A stretch of 64,000 nt of DNA from Phoronis australis (Eukaryota; Animalia; Phoronida). Position 1 is the stretch's first letter; each line of letters begins with the position of its first letter. Where the stretch lies: NCBI GenBank assembly GCA_002633005.1, contig NMRA01000030.1, forward strand, positions 1,231,957 to 1,295,956. The letters run 5' to 3'. The notes under the pieces are model-generated. The model searched no databases. It saw nothing but the letters and a program-made list of their open reading frames with translations, and was not told the DNA's origin. This document shows positions 13,525 to 25,930 of this stretch, in pieces. The translations under genes were made by a program, and so were the position numbers.

Positions 13525-14082
13525 GGGGGAAAGTGTCGCCGGAAAAATACGAGCGTAATTGTGTACATTACGCCGTTATTTACGCCGTTAATTACGCCGT
13601 AAAATTACGAGCGTAATTAAATTCTTTACAGCGTAAAATTACGCCCGTAATTTAGTTTAAACTCTTAGCCAATGACGTTGGGTTTTACATTCCACGATCG
13701 CGCGCGCTCATGGAAATACTTATTTACTGACGGATTTCATGTCTACAATACGATCGTTGAATCCTGGCGGATCAAATCACTGCTGCCATGTCAGCGATTG
13801 TGCAAGAACAAGCTGCCAAACAGTTGTGTATGTTAGGTCATCACTGATTGGTTTAAATTTGGAACGTTCTTAAGGTATTTTACGAGCGTAATTTACGGCG
13901 ACATTTCCCCCCATTTAATTTACGGCGTAATTTTAGTGCAACACTTTTGCAATTTAACTTACGCTCGTAATTACGAGCGTAATTTTACGGCGAAACTTTT
14001 CCTCATTTAATTTACGAGCGTAATTGTACGGCGACGTACACTCATGCAATTTAATTTACGTAATTTTACGGTGACACTCCCC
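13525..14082. mobile_element. MITE with TTACG(A/G)CGTAA subterminal repeats
   Basis: gggg-aaagtgtcgccggaaaaatacg is an imperfect inverted match to cgtaattttacggtgacactcccc, with dense palindromic ttacgagcgtaa repeats near both ends. A related motif occurs at ~7790-8035. Confidence 0.55.
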
Positions 14083-14959
14083 TGAACGGCCCACCATACC
14101 GTTGTCCCAAAACCCTCTAAATTGAAAGATTGTGATGTTTGTAGTGCATTTTTTTGTAAAACTGCTGTGTGAACACTGTATCCGAGTAACCAAATAGTCC
14201 ATGGTATACTCAGTAAAAGTACAATGTTTACCACTAAGCGGGCAAAAGACAAACTTATGACTTGGTGTATGTACTTGACTCGCCCAATACTACCAACTCA
14301 CGCTAGTTTCATATTCACGCATGCTGTATTCTTTGCTCACTTTCTCGTTGAAAATGGCCAAAAATCAGCCCTTTCAAAATTCACAAAAATTCTCAAGTTT
14401 TGGGAAGTCAGTGCCTAACCACTAAAATGTCTACTTTAAATATCAAAGTGCTTCTGGATCTTAAGGTCAGATACTTTCACAGACAAAAATCATAGTTCTT
14501 CCTAAGTTTTAATATCTCACAATAGTTTTGCAAAGTTGACAGCTTTTCACTGAAATAAGTGACGAAAAATTCACTTTTGCAAGATCATCATCAAAACGAA
14601 AATGAGGATTGTGTCAAAAAATCAAAGATGACTTAGTGCTTATCTAGAGGTAGCCCAAGCCCTCGTAAAATTTCAGGAAAATCTGTGACGGTCGATGTAG
14701 AACCAATCAAAAGTGCACTCAGAAATTGCCACTTAATTTGTCATTTTTAAGTTTGTCACGTAATTCTTCTTCTCGAAATTAAAAAAAATCATTTTAAAAG
14801 GACTCGTGAACATTTTTCAACGTTGAAAAACGGGATCACCTTTAAAAATGAAAACATAATTCTGGGCAAGTATAAAGAGACAAATGCCAATGTTTCTTGA
14901 ACCTCTTCCTCAACTAGTTCAATTGGGACAATTACCTCCTTGAAAACGCTACATTCATT

Positions 14960-16570
14960 GCATTTCAGTTGGTACACAACATGACTTCGTTGATAATTAC
15001 TCAATGATATTTTTAGTCTAGACAATGACAAATGTCTCTTAACATATTAAAAACATTGTTAAAAGTTGCAGACATGGAGCAATATCTCCAAGCATCCTCT
15101 TAACCTGTCTGTCAACCACAAACTACTGTTCCCCAAAAAGAGAAGATTACGAAATGCTTTCTTTAATTCAGACCCATAACAAACATCCGCAAGTGTTTTA
15201 GAGTAGTTGCGTAAAAACCTGTCAGAGCAAGATTTTATAAATGTTTTTTGGGTATCCATTTTGAATCAAGAGAGTGCCAAGTTTTTAGATAGGATCTTGG
15301 CTCCTCTCTGTAATTGGAAGTATTGTCTTAGAGACTCATTTGCGACATGGTTAGCTTCGATGTTGTTAGCTTGTTTACCAATATTCCTAGACAGTACCAT
15401 ACAAGTTTGCTTCGACAAACTTTTTACTAATACCAACACTGTGTGTAATTTAACTAGACCACAACTTCAGAAATTGCCCAACATTGCTGTTACAGAGAAT
15501 CACCTGATATTCAATGATGAATACTTGGACCAATGTGACAGTTTTGTTATGGGGAGCTCATTCGGCCCTGTATTAGCTAGTAACTGGATGGTTTGATTAG
15601 AAGAACTGCCATTAATAACTGTCGCCCGGATCTACCATTGTATTATAAGCGTTATATTGATGATATTTTCCTAATATTTAGTTATCACAGTCAGGTTAAG
15701 CCATTTCTTGATTGGATGAACACCTTCTGTAACAGCATCAAGTTTACCACACAGTAAGAAGCAGCATGACACCTGTGGATGTTTGTTATGGATCTGAATT
15801 AAAAAAGTATGTCTTAATGTTCCCTTTTTGGGTAAAAGTAGTTGTGTGGTTGACAGACAGGTTAGGAGGATGCTTGAAGATATTGCATTGTCTAGACTGA
15901 AAATAACATTGGGTAATTCTCAAAGAAGTCATGTCATGTTGCCCACGAACTAAACTGTTATGAATGGCCAACATGATTCCCAGCATCAAAGTCAAACAAC
16001 ATGGCAAAGACGCACGCAGTGGTGTTCTTAATCACTCACTGACAAATGGTTATACTATAGATTGCTATGGTGTTCAGATCTTGGACAAGGATAATGCCAC
16101 CGTAACGCCCTTCATAATGGAGGCTATGCATATACGATTGAATCATGACAACCGCTATCTCAATAGAAACATTGATTCATTTGAGCTCCAACAGTTTTGA
16201 TTGGTGGGGCTTGCTCCAAGAAACTGAGTTAAGTTCATTTTTGACTTAAGTTTAAGCCTTGTCTTAACTTCCAAACTTTGAAACTTCCACATTCGTTAAG
16301 TTAGTCGAAATTAATACAAAACTTTTGTTAAACACTTAAGTCAAACTTAAGAACCCTTTTTGAAAGGGTTTTTAGACAAATTTAACTTTTAATTCAAAAT
16401 TTTCAAAAATTTAAGAATTGTCTTAGCTAAGTCGATTTTGTTGAAACGGGCCCCTGGTCTTTCCACTTACAATGCATTTTGACGGGCATCTTTATAGTGT
16501 GCCACGTGATTGGAATATTGTGAACTTTAGGCTTGAGAATGGTTTAAAGACAATAAACCGATACGTCAAT
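14960..16570 (+). mobile_element. Decayed Penelope-like element (RT + GIY-YIG remnants) with inverted 5' copy
   Basis: RT remnants VMGSSFGPVLAS and PLYYKRYIDDIF (15540-15680), and EN C-terminus QILDKD...MEAMHI...LNRN (15964-16200). An inverted duplicate of 15835-15940 at 14960-15127 carries SHVVYQLKCNEC. Confidence 0.75.
16205..16455. mobile_element. Harbinger-type MITE inserted in the Penelope 3' end
   Basis: Degenerate TIRs ggggcttgctccaagaaac / ttttgttgaaacgggcccc(tgg), with internal cttaag repeats. Confidence 0.5.
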
Positions 16571-16604
16571 GTCGTTATTCACATATGCGCTGATTTTAAA
16601 GTTA

Positions 16605-16708
16605 ATGATATAGCATATGTGTGCTAGTGATATGGTATATTTGCTAGTGTCATGTTATATATTTGCTAGTGGTATGGTATACACGTGTTAGTTATATCGT
16701 ATATATAC

Positions 16709-16752
<44 letters not shown>

Positions 16753-16862
16753 TAGTGATATGGTACATATCTGCTAGTGATTTGGTATATGTGCTAGTGG
16801 TATGGTATACACTTGTTAGTTATATCGTACACACACACACACATATATATATACACACATGC

Positions 16863-16914
<52 letters not shown>

Positions 16915-17485
16915 GTGTGTGTGATAGTGATATGGTATATATTTGCTAGTGATATGGTGTACATGTGCCAGTGACATGGTATACATGTGCCAGTGGTATG
17001 GTATACAAGTGCAAGTGATATGTTATACATGTGCCAGTGATAAGGTATACGTGTGCCAGTGATATGGCATACGTGTGCAAGTGATATGGTATACATGTTC
17101 AAGTGATATGGTATATATGTGCAAGTGATATGGTATACATGTGCCAGTGATATGGTATACCGGTGCCAGTGATATGGTATATATGTGCAAGTGATATGGT
17201 ATACATGTTTAAGTGATATGGTATATATGTGCAAGTGATATGGTATACATGTGCCAGTGATATGGTATACCGGTGCCAGTGATATGGTATACATGTGCAA
17301 GTGATATGGTATACATGTGCCAGTGATATGGTATACATGTCCAAGTGATATGGTATATATGTGCAAGTGATATGGTATACATGTGCAATGATATGGTATA
17401 CATGTGCCAGTGATATGGTATACATGGGCCAGTCATGTAGTACATATGAGCTGGTGATATGGTATACATGTGCAAGTGATATGGT
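16605..17485. repeat. 22-bp minisatellite (gtgatatggtatacatgtgcca) interspersed with (TA)n/(TG)n microsatellites
   Basis: Directly visible tandem array that explains the repetitive YTISLAHVYHIT ORFs. Confidence 0.95.
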
Positions 17486-17510
17486 AAAGTGAAATTTAGG
17501 CATAGAATAC

Positions 17511-17714
17511 CTGAGAAGAGAGTAGAATCGCTTCAATGGCGGTAGTGTTGGTGAACCTTGATATGCCACACTTTACTTGTGGTCTCGTTCGCTTGGTCAC
17601 CTTTTCGTAAACGAGGAAAATCAAAGGTAAGGTGAAGAATATCATGAAGATGCGACTGTGAAGGAATAGCAGCAGGTAAAACAGATGGTAGAGCCGGTGT
17701 GTCCAATAGAAGCT
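17511..17714 (-). CDS. NOX5: NOX5-like exon (TM5-TM6, second haem His pair)
   Basis: ttttgtag|SFYWTHRLYHLFYLLLFLHSRIFMIFFTLPLIFLVYEK...AIEAILLSSQ|gtattc, 204 nt, phase 0-0. Matches NOX5 VFYWTH...LIFHG...LEK...EVNLLPSK. This frame is absent from the ORF track. Confidence 0.92.
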
Positions 17715-19466
17715 CTACAAAAATGGATTGGTAAACGCAATGAAACACAATCGTAACCAGTTGTGCTTTCAAGAAAGCAAGAAACATTTAGGGGTTCGAC
17801 AATGTTTGCCAAAACCCCGTAAAGTAGTCGGTGTTGTGCGACATTAGCTATCTTACAACACAGTTAAATACAATTTTAAACACAGTAAGGTATTATTTCA
17901 TATGAAAAATTTTGATTTTGCGTTGAGTCCTAATTATTTTGGCGTAAAAGAATAGAGAGTGACATACAATTTCACAATTATGTCATACTAAACATTAAGC
18001 ACTTTCCAAATGTAGTAAGTGCGACTTAATTGAAACCACAACTGTGAATTTATTAAAGAGAAAACTTCTTGTCTAAGACGGTCCATATCATCTAAACTGA
18101 CAATCCCAGCAACATAACACAAATCTCCATCTAGTGAAATACAGCGGATAACCGTGTTCTTGAAATTTTTAGTAGGTCGACTTGCGCCTTCTTATGTGAC
18201 GCTGTTTGAGCTGGCACAGCTAAAAACGACGATTATGACTCCACGTTCATTCTTATTCCAAAGAAAACAGGTACCAAAATATGAAATAAAATATTCTTGT
18301 TGTGTGCAAGCCAAACCGCTGAACTTTGAGGTACTCAAACTCAAAAAATACGCCGTTAAAACAAAAAACACCGAATAACGAAATCAGTTAAGGATTTCAA
18401 TCATTGCTTTAATTAGAGGAGGCATTTCAGTAACACGTGCGAATTTCATATTGTGCCCAGGTCAGTGACCTTCGCAGATCTGTAGAGGGCAAAGACCAAA
18501 TACTAAATATGTTGTTCTAAACTCAACGACCGATTACAACTGTGTCAAACCCCTAAAATATACACTTTGCATTCAATAATTTAAAACACAGCATGGGATT
18601 CTTCAATCGAACGATACTACTAGAATATAAACATTTTGTAACTTCCAGCCTTGATTGTGTTTACCTTATTCGAATGATGTTTGGACAGGGTTTTCGCTGA
18701 AACCTCGTTAGCCATAATAAACAAGTCAATAGCAATGACGATCTGTCAGTTTTCCCAATCTCAGAGATCTCTGAGACCCATTTCATAACGTTAGCTAATC
18801 AAAATCAAAAGTCAATTGTTGTGACTGAAGTCACGTTTTTACAACTTTAAATCCTGAATATCGTAATTTCATCAAAATTGGTTTTAGCTTTTGTTTGAAC
18901 ATTGAGCTATTTTTTTACCAAAGCTGCATTTTGACCCTATTCAACTGTTAACGGTGAATTGTTGAGCGAACCGTTTTGGCATTCAAAACGATACCAAGCT
19001 CATCCGATCACGAATTAGTTTAGAATGAGCTCACGGCAACTCAAGCCCCACGCAAAATACTTAAATGTGCCATTTTTGAAGCCAAAATTTTAGAATTGGC
19101 CAGCCCGTTTTCTTGAATTATTGACGGTTTCGATATTCTTGTTAGTAACGGAAATAGAATTCTATCACGGTGAGGAATAATATGAGATTGATTTGATGAG
19201 AGTAAATAGCCGTTTTCATTTTCTAGGGCGAAAACGCAGCTTTAAAAGTTGTCGAAACTGAGCGTGCAAGCGACATTGTATTTTTTTAAACATTTCAAAA
19301 AAACAGACGGAATGCAATTCAAGAATTCCTAAACCATAGACGACTGGCTCTTATTACGTTTGTCCACTGATACTTACTACAGTACTTCAGTGCTAACACC
19401 TACAGTACTTCAGTGCTGACACCTACAATAGTTAGTGAGGACACCTACAGCACTCCAGTGCTTAAG

Positions 19467-20710
19467 TAGCAATTTCTGAAAAGAACATATGGAATCAAGA
19501 AAAAAAAACATTCTACATGACCTGTCACAGAACTGGCTGAAATTTCACCAGTGAATTCATATCCAATTCAAACGACAGCAACCACCATAATACTATCATT
19601 GACCTTTCGACTACTTGATTTATACTTCTTTGAAATTTTGCACGAAGCATGCAAAATTTAATTTTCAGCTTAAAATGACCTCTTTTGGTAACAACACTAA
19701 TCCGTGTAGATAAGGGACTCTGTAGGCAAATATGAAATTCACCTCCAGTCCAAAAATAATTTCCTGGATATAAATTCAGCTGAAAATTCGGATTTTTGGT
19801 AAGTGTCTAGTACATGTGGTAGTTGCTCAGTAATATGAAATACAAACCGTAACCGAACGTTTTTAAGTGGCAGCAGAAACATTTTTAGCGTTTAGTTTCT
19901 TTGCTCCCAAACTGGTTGGATCTATCAGAGTTCTCATCAGAGGGTAAGTTGTGCAAGTATCACATTTTGGTACTACAGTTGTAGAACTGTCTGTACATCG
20001 TAAAAAGGACTGCTGTAGTACGCGGTTTTTAAAGGTGTTCTGTATGAAAATGCTCAGATGAAGAGGTTTTAATCAAAGTGGGAATTCGACTAAGAAGTGC
20101 AGCAGAGTATGCACAATGTGCCTGCAATGCGAGTGAGTCAGTCTTTGACTAAGAACCCACCCTGGTCAGAGTGGGCGTGTTCGTATATTGCTTGGTACAC
20201 GAATGCACTATATTGTTCACTTCCTTGGTTAAAAATAAATGCTTCCTTGGGCACTGACAGACACACGTGTAATCTACTGAAACTTAGTTTGCACCTGGAC
20301 AAAGAGTCGGTGCCAAGTTAACCTCTGTAGTTATGTCGAGAGATGAGGTTAGCGAACAATGGCCAGAAGTTTTAAATGAGATGACTGGCTAAAAAGGCCC
20401 AGATCAAAGGCTTCTTTTCTTGTATGACTGTATTCTCTCAAGACGCGTAAACAGTGGAGGGAAAAATCTTAAGATCTGAACTATTACATGAAGTTTTGGA
20501 ACATCTGGGTTACCACACAGTCTGTTCTACTGCCAGTGGCCCTTCTGTCAACACCTTGTTCTGTTGGTTGATTGTCGAGATTTAAAGATCCACAATGCTA
20601 TCGTGATGTTGTATGTTCATACATTTTGCTTTATTCAGTAATTTATATCATCAGGTGAGTTCATTCTACTGTAAAAAGAACGAAAAATAGATAGACTATT
20701 TGTACTTTCA
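19467..20710 (+). repeat. Dispersed intronic repeat, copy 2
   Basis: Homologous to 9228-10620 and inverted relative to 21100-22835. Confidence 0.75.
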
Positions 20711-21099
20711 ATCGTTGTTAAAATTTGCACTACTACCTTTTCCGCGCAAGCCCAAGGAAGGTGTGGGGGGCTTCACATACCTACCATAAACGTCCTACTT
20801 CCATTTATTTGAACATGAGCATCCTTACGCCTGCATTCAAGTATTTGCAGGGAGAACATGCTTTGCAGAACAACAACTATGCTGCAGAGGTAGGTGACAT
20901 TGTGAAATGGTATGGTGAGAATGTTGGAGAATGTAGTTATTAAATCCAATGACCGTTGTCGGTTAGAAATATGCCTAACTAGCATTTTTAGAAACTGTAC
21001 ATCTTGATGCATGTCAACTAATTATCTGATGAGTATTTTGTCAGTAACTGAAACTTCCCCCTGGGTTTGATCGAAAAAGTTGCTTCTGCTTTTTATTCT

Positions 21100-22320
21100 T
21101 GCAGTAAAAACGATTAAAAGTACGAATGTTTTGACTATTCTTTCTTTTCCAGCAGAATAAAGTCATGTGATGATATCAAGTCATGTGATGATATAAAGTC
21201 ATGTGACGATATAAAGTCATGTGATGATATAAAGTACTGAACAAATCAAAACATATGAACATGCAGCATTAACATAGAATTGTGGATCTTTAATTCTCGA
21301 CAATAAACCAACGGAAGCAGGTGTTGACATAACTTCCCAGTAGAACGGACTCTGTATTAAACCAGATATTCCAGAACTTCATGTAATAATTCGGATCTTA
21401 AGATTCTCTCCCGCATTTATGTGTCTTCTTCCTGCAGTCAGCTTTAGAGTATGCAGCCATGGGAGAAAAGCCTCTAATCTGGGCCTCTTTTAGCTAGTCA
21501 TCTCATTTTAAACATTTTTTCTAGCCACTTTTCGCTAATCTCATCTCTCTCGACACGACTGCAGAGGTACATTTGTCACCAGTTCTTTATCTACCTACAA
21601 ACTTTTCTGTCAACAGCAGTCTCATGTCATGAGAAAATTTTTAACTCTATTTGCCTTCGTTTAGTGCCCACCTGGACTTAGTTTCATCAGAAGTGGACTG
21701 GGGCAGACACCCTCTGCCTTGCAAAGTCCTCAAATGCAGTTTCCCTAATTAGATCGAAAATTTCCAAGGGAGCATTTATTTCAACCAAGGGAGTGAACAA
21801 CATTGTGCATCGCATGCACTGAGCAATGTACCAAACACGCCCACGCTGGCCAAGGTGAGGTCACTCACGTAATTGCTACATGGTATATGCTCTGTTGCTT
21901 TTCTTGTTCAGCTTCTCACATTAATAAAGTGCTGTCAATTAAAAACTTCTGGGTACTGTTTCTATTTTACATTACTGAGCAATTACAACCAGGGCTTAAC
22001 ACTCGACAACCAAAATCGGACGTTTTCAGATGAATTTCTATGCAAGAAATCAAAAGAAGACCAAACTTTTGACATTTGTTGTTGCGACTGTTATCCTTCG
22101 CCTACAAATGTTTGTACTACCAAAACTTTCAGTCACTATTTGTAGTTTACATTACGGAGCAGTTACAACATATACCTGATGAAAAAATACCAGACTTTTG
22201 TCCTTTACCATTGTAACTTTTATTCATAGTCTACAAATTTTAAGAGTTATTTTGGTACAGCTTGCTTTACATAAATCAATTGATACCCCCACACAGTCAA
22301 GCACACACACGCACAGACAN

Positions 22321-22400
<80 letters not shown>

Positions 22401-22835
22401 TGTTGAAATGTAGTTGTGGGACGGAGGCCTGATAAATCTCAATAGAGTCCTTGTTATTATTATAATAACTTAGTTTGAGTTTAGGTATTTAAATTAGGTG
22501 GTACGCTAAAACGAGTGCTCCCACGAAAGGAAGTAATTTCATTTCTTTGAAAATTTTATTTTTGGATTGAGGGATGAATTTACTTGTCTACACAATATCG
22601 AATATCAATCAATAAGCTACACGAATTAGTGCTGTTACAAATATAGGTAATTTTTATGCCTAAATTTTTGCATGATTCAACTAAAAATTTCAGAGGTATC
22701 AATAATAGACAGAGACATCTGGTGATTGGTGCCGTCTCAGGTGGATATGAATCCACCGGTAAAATTTCAGCCAATTCTGTGGCAGATCATGTGGATTTTT
22801 TGATTCCGTAGGTGCTCTCAGAAATTGATAGTTAA
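21100..22835 (-). repeat. Dispersed intronic repeat, copy 3 (inverted), containing (CA)n at 22303-22397
   Basis: aattgtggatctttaattctcgacaataaaccaac (21278) is the reverse complement of 20563-20596. ccaccggtaaaatttcagccaattctg (22753) is the reverse complement of the 9281 and 19528 blocks. Confidence 0.75.
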
Positions 22836-22973
22836 AAATCCTTAATGCAGTCTTGGACTTTCAGTGGACGTTGCATACAAGTTAGGATAAAAGTGAAAAA
22901 AGGAAGAATATGTTTCACTTTACTAGCGGTAATTTGAAGCCGATATACAAAACTTTGATAAGCTGACATTTAC

Positions 22974-23170
22974 CTTGAAGTCACCTTTCTCTTGGAAACC
23001 GCTAACAGACCTCTCGGGTGCACCGACTTCGATTATCAAGAAGGTCACAAGTAACAGGATACCTGTAAATGGAGATGTGCCGAAGAACCATCCCATGCCT
23101 GGCTTGGTCGTGAACAGATACTCCCAGTACTGAATTGTGTCAGTTATGTTTTGATCACCGCTTAGAATTC
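22974..23170 (-). CDS. NOX5: NOX5-like exon (loop C, TM4)
   Basis: ttaacag|GILSGDQNITDTIQYWEYLFTTKPGMGWFFGTSPFTGILLL...EKGDFK|gtaaat matches NOX5 QFWELLLTTRPGIGWVHGSASPTGVALL...RRSGHFE. Phases 1 and 0 are consistent with the neighbouring exons. Confidence 0.92.
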
Positions 23171-23665
23171 CTGTTAAATATTGAAATGATATTTCAATAA
23201 ATTGACGTTTTATCACTCAGATTTGACCAACTATCCCATTGGAGATAGTACTAAACACAATGGTCGCACGTGTTTTGATCCGTCAATATGCAATGCTTTG
23301 TACTCAATATATACTATTATGTGAATTTGGTGACAAGTGATAAGATGCCGGGGAGCTTTGCCTGTTATACTGCATTCTGAAGCACAATGTAGATGCCTGA
23401 ACGCTTTCGGCAGGAGACAAACCACCGATTTTGTTATAAATGGTCTGAAGTTTTAATTGGCAAATAAAATAAAACCTATTTTTCCAGTCTAACATGAATA
23501 GTCCATCGTATCCAAATGACTACGGGTAAATAAAAAAACAACACTGTAATGTAATATAAGAGACAAAAAACAACGATCATGCTCAACTAAATTTGTGAGG
23601 TCAGAGCTTGCATGCTGGTGTTCTCTATGTTGTTTAAGTTGACACATCTTGTCACAGCTACTTAC

Positions 23666-24075
23666 CTATGTTGCCCAAGTGACCCACAATATGAAGTAAA
23701 GAGCACAAAGCCACACACTCGGCCACTACCCAATGGGCGAAAAGACGGTTTTCCTCGGTGAAGACCATGAAAGGACGAAACCTGGTTTCGCCCAGTTTGG
23801 CTAGACAGTACCTCAACGTGGGCAGCACAAGAAAGGCACAGTTGAAGTTCAGGCACATTCCAAAGGAATTTGCGCATATCGCCCAACCGTTTTCCTCGCC
23901 GTAATATACAATGGTAGCAATTAAGAGGACAATGTTCGTAAACGTAAAAGAACCAAAGAATATGACGTTACTGGGATTATTCCGAAGTTTGTGATATACA
24001 CGCATTTTCCACGCCGGATGTTTCACCTCACAAATTTCTGCGTTGTTTTCTGTCCAAGATCTCTCGTTCGTAATA
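23666..24075 (-). CDS. NOX5: NOX5-like exon (TM1-TM3, first haem His pair)
   Basis: gttttag|...ANSFGMCLNFNCAFLVLPTLRYCLAKL...FAHWVVAECVALCSLLHIVGHLGNI G|gtaagt contains the G.CLNF motif and H-x13-H-x3-H of NOX TM3. Confidence 0.93.
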
Positions 24076-25744
24076 CTAAAACAACAGGGTAGAGCAACAT
24101 GAAGACATATTTTTATATTTATATTGGGAATTTTCATTTGTCCGATACTTTTAGCAATTTGTATTATTTAGAATCACGGAAAGTAAATTGGTGCAATGTG
24201 TCTCTACATTTAAGCATGTCTTATGCTTTGGTATGGAGACCCAGCCTGTAAATTGGAAACTTTTAATTTAACTTTCTGCTTAGAAAAATATCTCTTTCTT
24301 TAACCCATTATGTCTAATTAACCCTTTTTGTCCAGTTTGACCAATTATGTTCATTTTGACCCATTATGCCCATTTTTACTAATGTTTTGTCAACCAATTT
24401 TCACTCATGAAGTGTGTTTTCATGTATTAGTTTATTGTTAAAATAATAATTTATAAAGGTGGGTTGGAACTGCTCTTAACTAAACTTTGATAAATTATAC
24501 TCAAGTGTCCATATTCGCCTTTTTGGAAAGAATTTCAAATGTTATATTAGTTTTGATCCCCTCAGATTACTGTTAAAAATTGCGTGAAGGTGGATTGCAA
24601 AAACATATTTATCAAGACATGAAAAATGTTAAACAAATGCCTCATGTCGCACTAGTTGGAAAACCAACTCGTACGTAAAAGACTCGAAGCACTTCGTGTC
24701 AATGTTGTCATCAGTCAGCATTGCACCAAATGACACCATGGTGAGCTTTGATGTCGAAAGCCTATTCACAAGTGTACCAACATCAGAGGTTCTCCCATTA
24801 CTCAGGTCAAAATTAGAACATGACCACAAGCCATCAGAGGATGTAAACGTCCCAATAGACTCCATTCTGGAATTAGTGACATTCTGTGTCAATACCACCT
24901 ACTTCCAATACCAAAACAAGTTCTACGAGCAGCCACAAGGAATGGCAATGGGTTCACCACTATCACCAGTCTTAGCTAACTTGTACATGGAGTGCTTCGA
25001 ACAAACAGCTCTCAGGTCAGCTAACAGACCCCCGAAGATGTGGAAACGATACGTTGACGACACATTCACAATATTCAGCCAAGACTCAGAAAATCCATCG
25101 AGTTCCTTGACCATCTGAACAGCATAGCGCCTACAATTAGATTCACAATGGAAGAAGAGACAAATAACAGCCTCCCTTTCCTGGACGTACTAGTGACTCG
25201 TGCTGAGGGACAGTTAACAACATCAGTCTACAACAAGAAGACCCACACCGGACGATACCTTGACTTCAACTCCAACCACACCAAAGGAGTCAAGAAGGGT
25301 GTAATCAAATGCCTTGCATCAAGATCAAAAGAAATCTGCAGTGATACACTGGGTCGGTGACTGACAAAAGTCAAACCAAGAACTGACATGGGCGAAAAGA
25401 AAATGTCATCTATGAAATCCCATGTGAATATGGTGAATCATATATCGGTGAAACAATAAGACCACTGGATACGCAAATTGCTGAACAAAAGAGGTGTTCT
25501 AGAGAGGGTAATACCTCATCAGGAGTAGCAAAACACATGTGGTCGAAACAACACAACATCCAGTGGGATAACATCCGAATACTTGACAGTGAAACAGGTT
25601 GGACCAAGAGAAAGATCAAGGAAGCCATGTACATGAAAGTAGAAGGCAATGTCTTCAGTCAGCCGTACAAACAACCACGTGACACCTGGCTCAGTCTACT
25701 CAGGAAGGTTTAAGTAAAATTAAATTCCCTCTAAGTAATTGGAT

Positions 25745-25826
25745 GACTCCGTGGTGTAGTGGCTAAGGTGCTGGACTCGAATTATCTGTAGTTTCAAAGG
25801 TCGTGGGTTAAAATCCTGTCCAGAAC
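25745..25826 (+). pseudogene. tRNA-derived (SINE-head-like) sequence
   Basis: A box tggtgtagtggctaagg and degenerate B box gggttaaaatcc, followed by a short A run. The cloverleaf is imperfect. Confidence 0.6.
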
Positions 25827-25876
25827 AAAAAATGAGAGTACCACATATCCGTGCTCGTTATTCTAAGAACGCGGGA

Positions 25877-25930
25877 ACACCTGGCGATGGCCGGAGAATA
25901 GACCGACCGAAACGTCGTAACAGTGTAAGT
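25877..25930 (+). ncRNA. Minimal hammerhead ribozyme remnant of the Penelope pLTR
   Basis: acac-CTGGCGA(CUGANGA variant)-t-ggccgg/ccgacc stem II-GAAACGTC, the usual position and form for Penelope hammerheads. Confidence 0.65.

Noticed and set aside
16725-17569. His/Tyr-rich repetitive ORFs (possible metal-binding protein)
   Set aside because: They are translations of a 22-bp minisatellite open in several frames inside an intron.
17533-17787. 84-aa ORF from the ORF track
   Set aside because: Wrong frame; the real exon is 17511-17714 in another frame.
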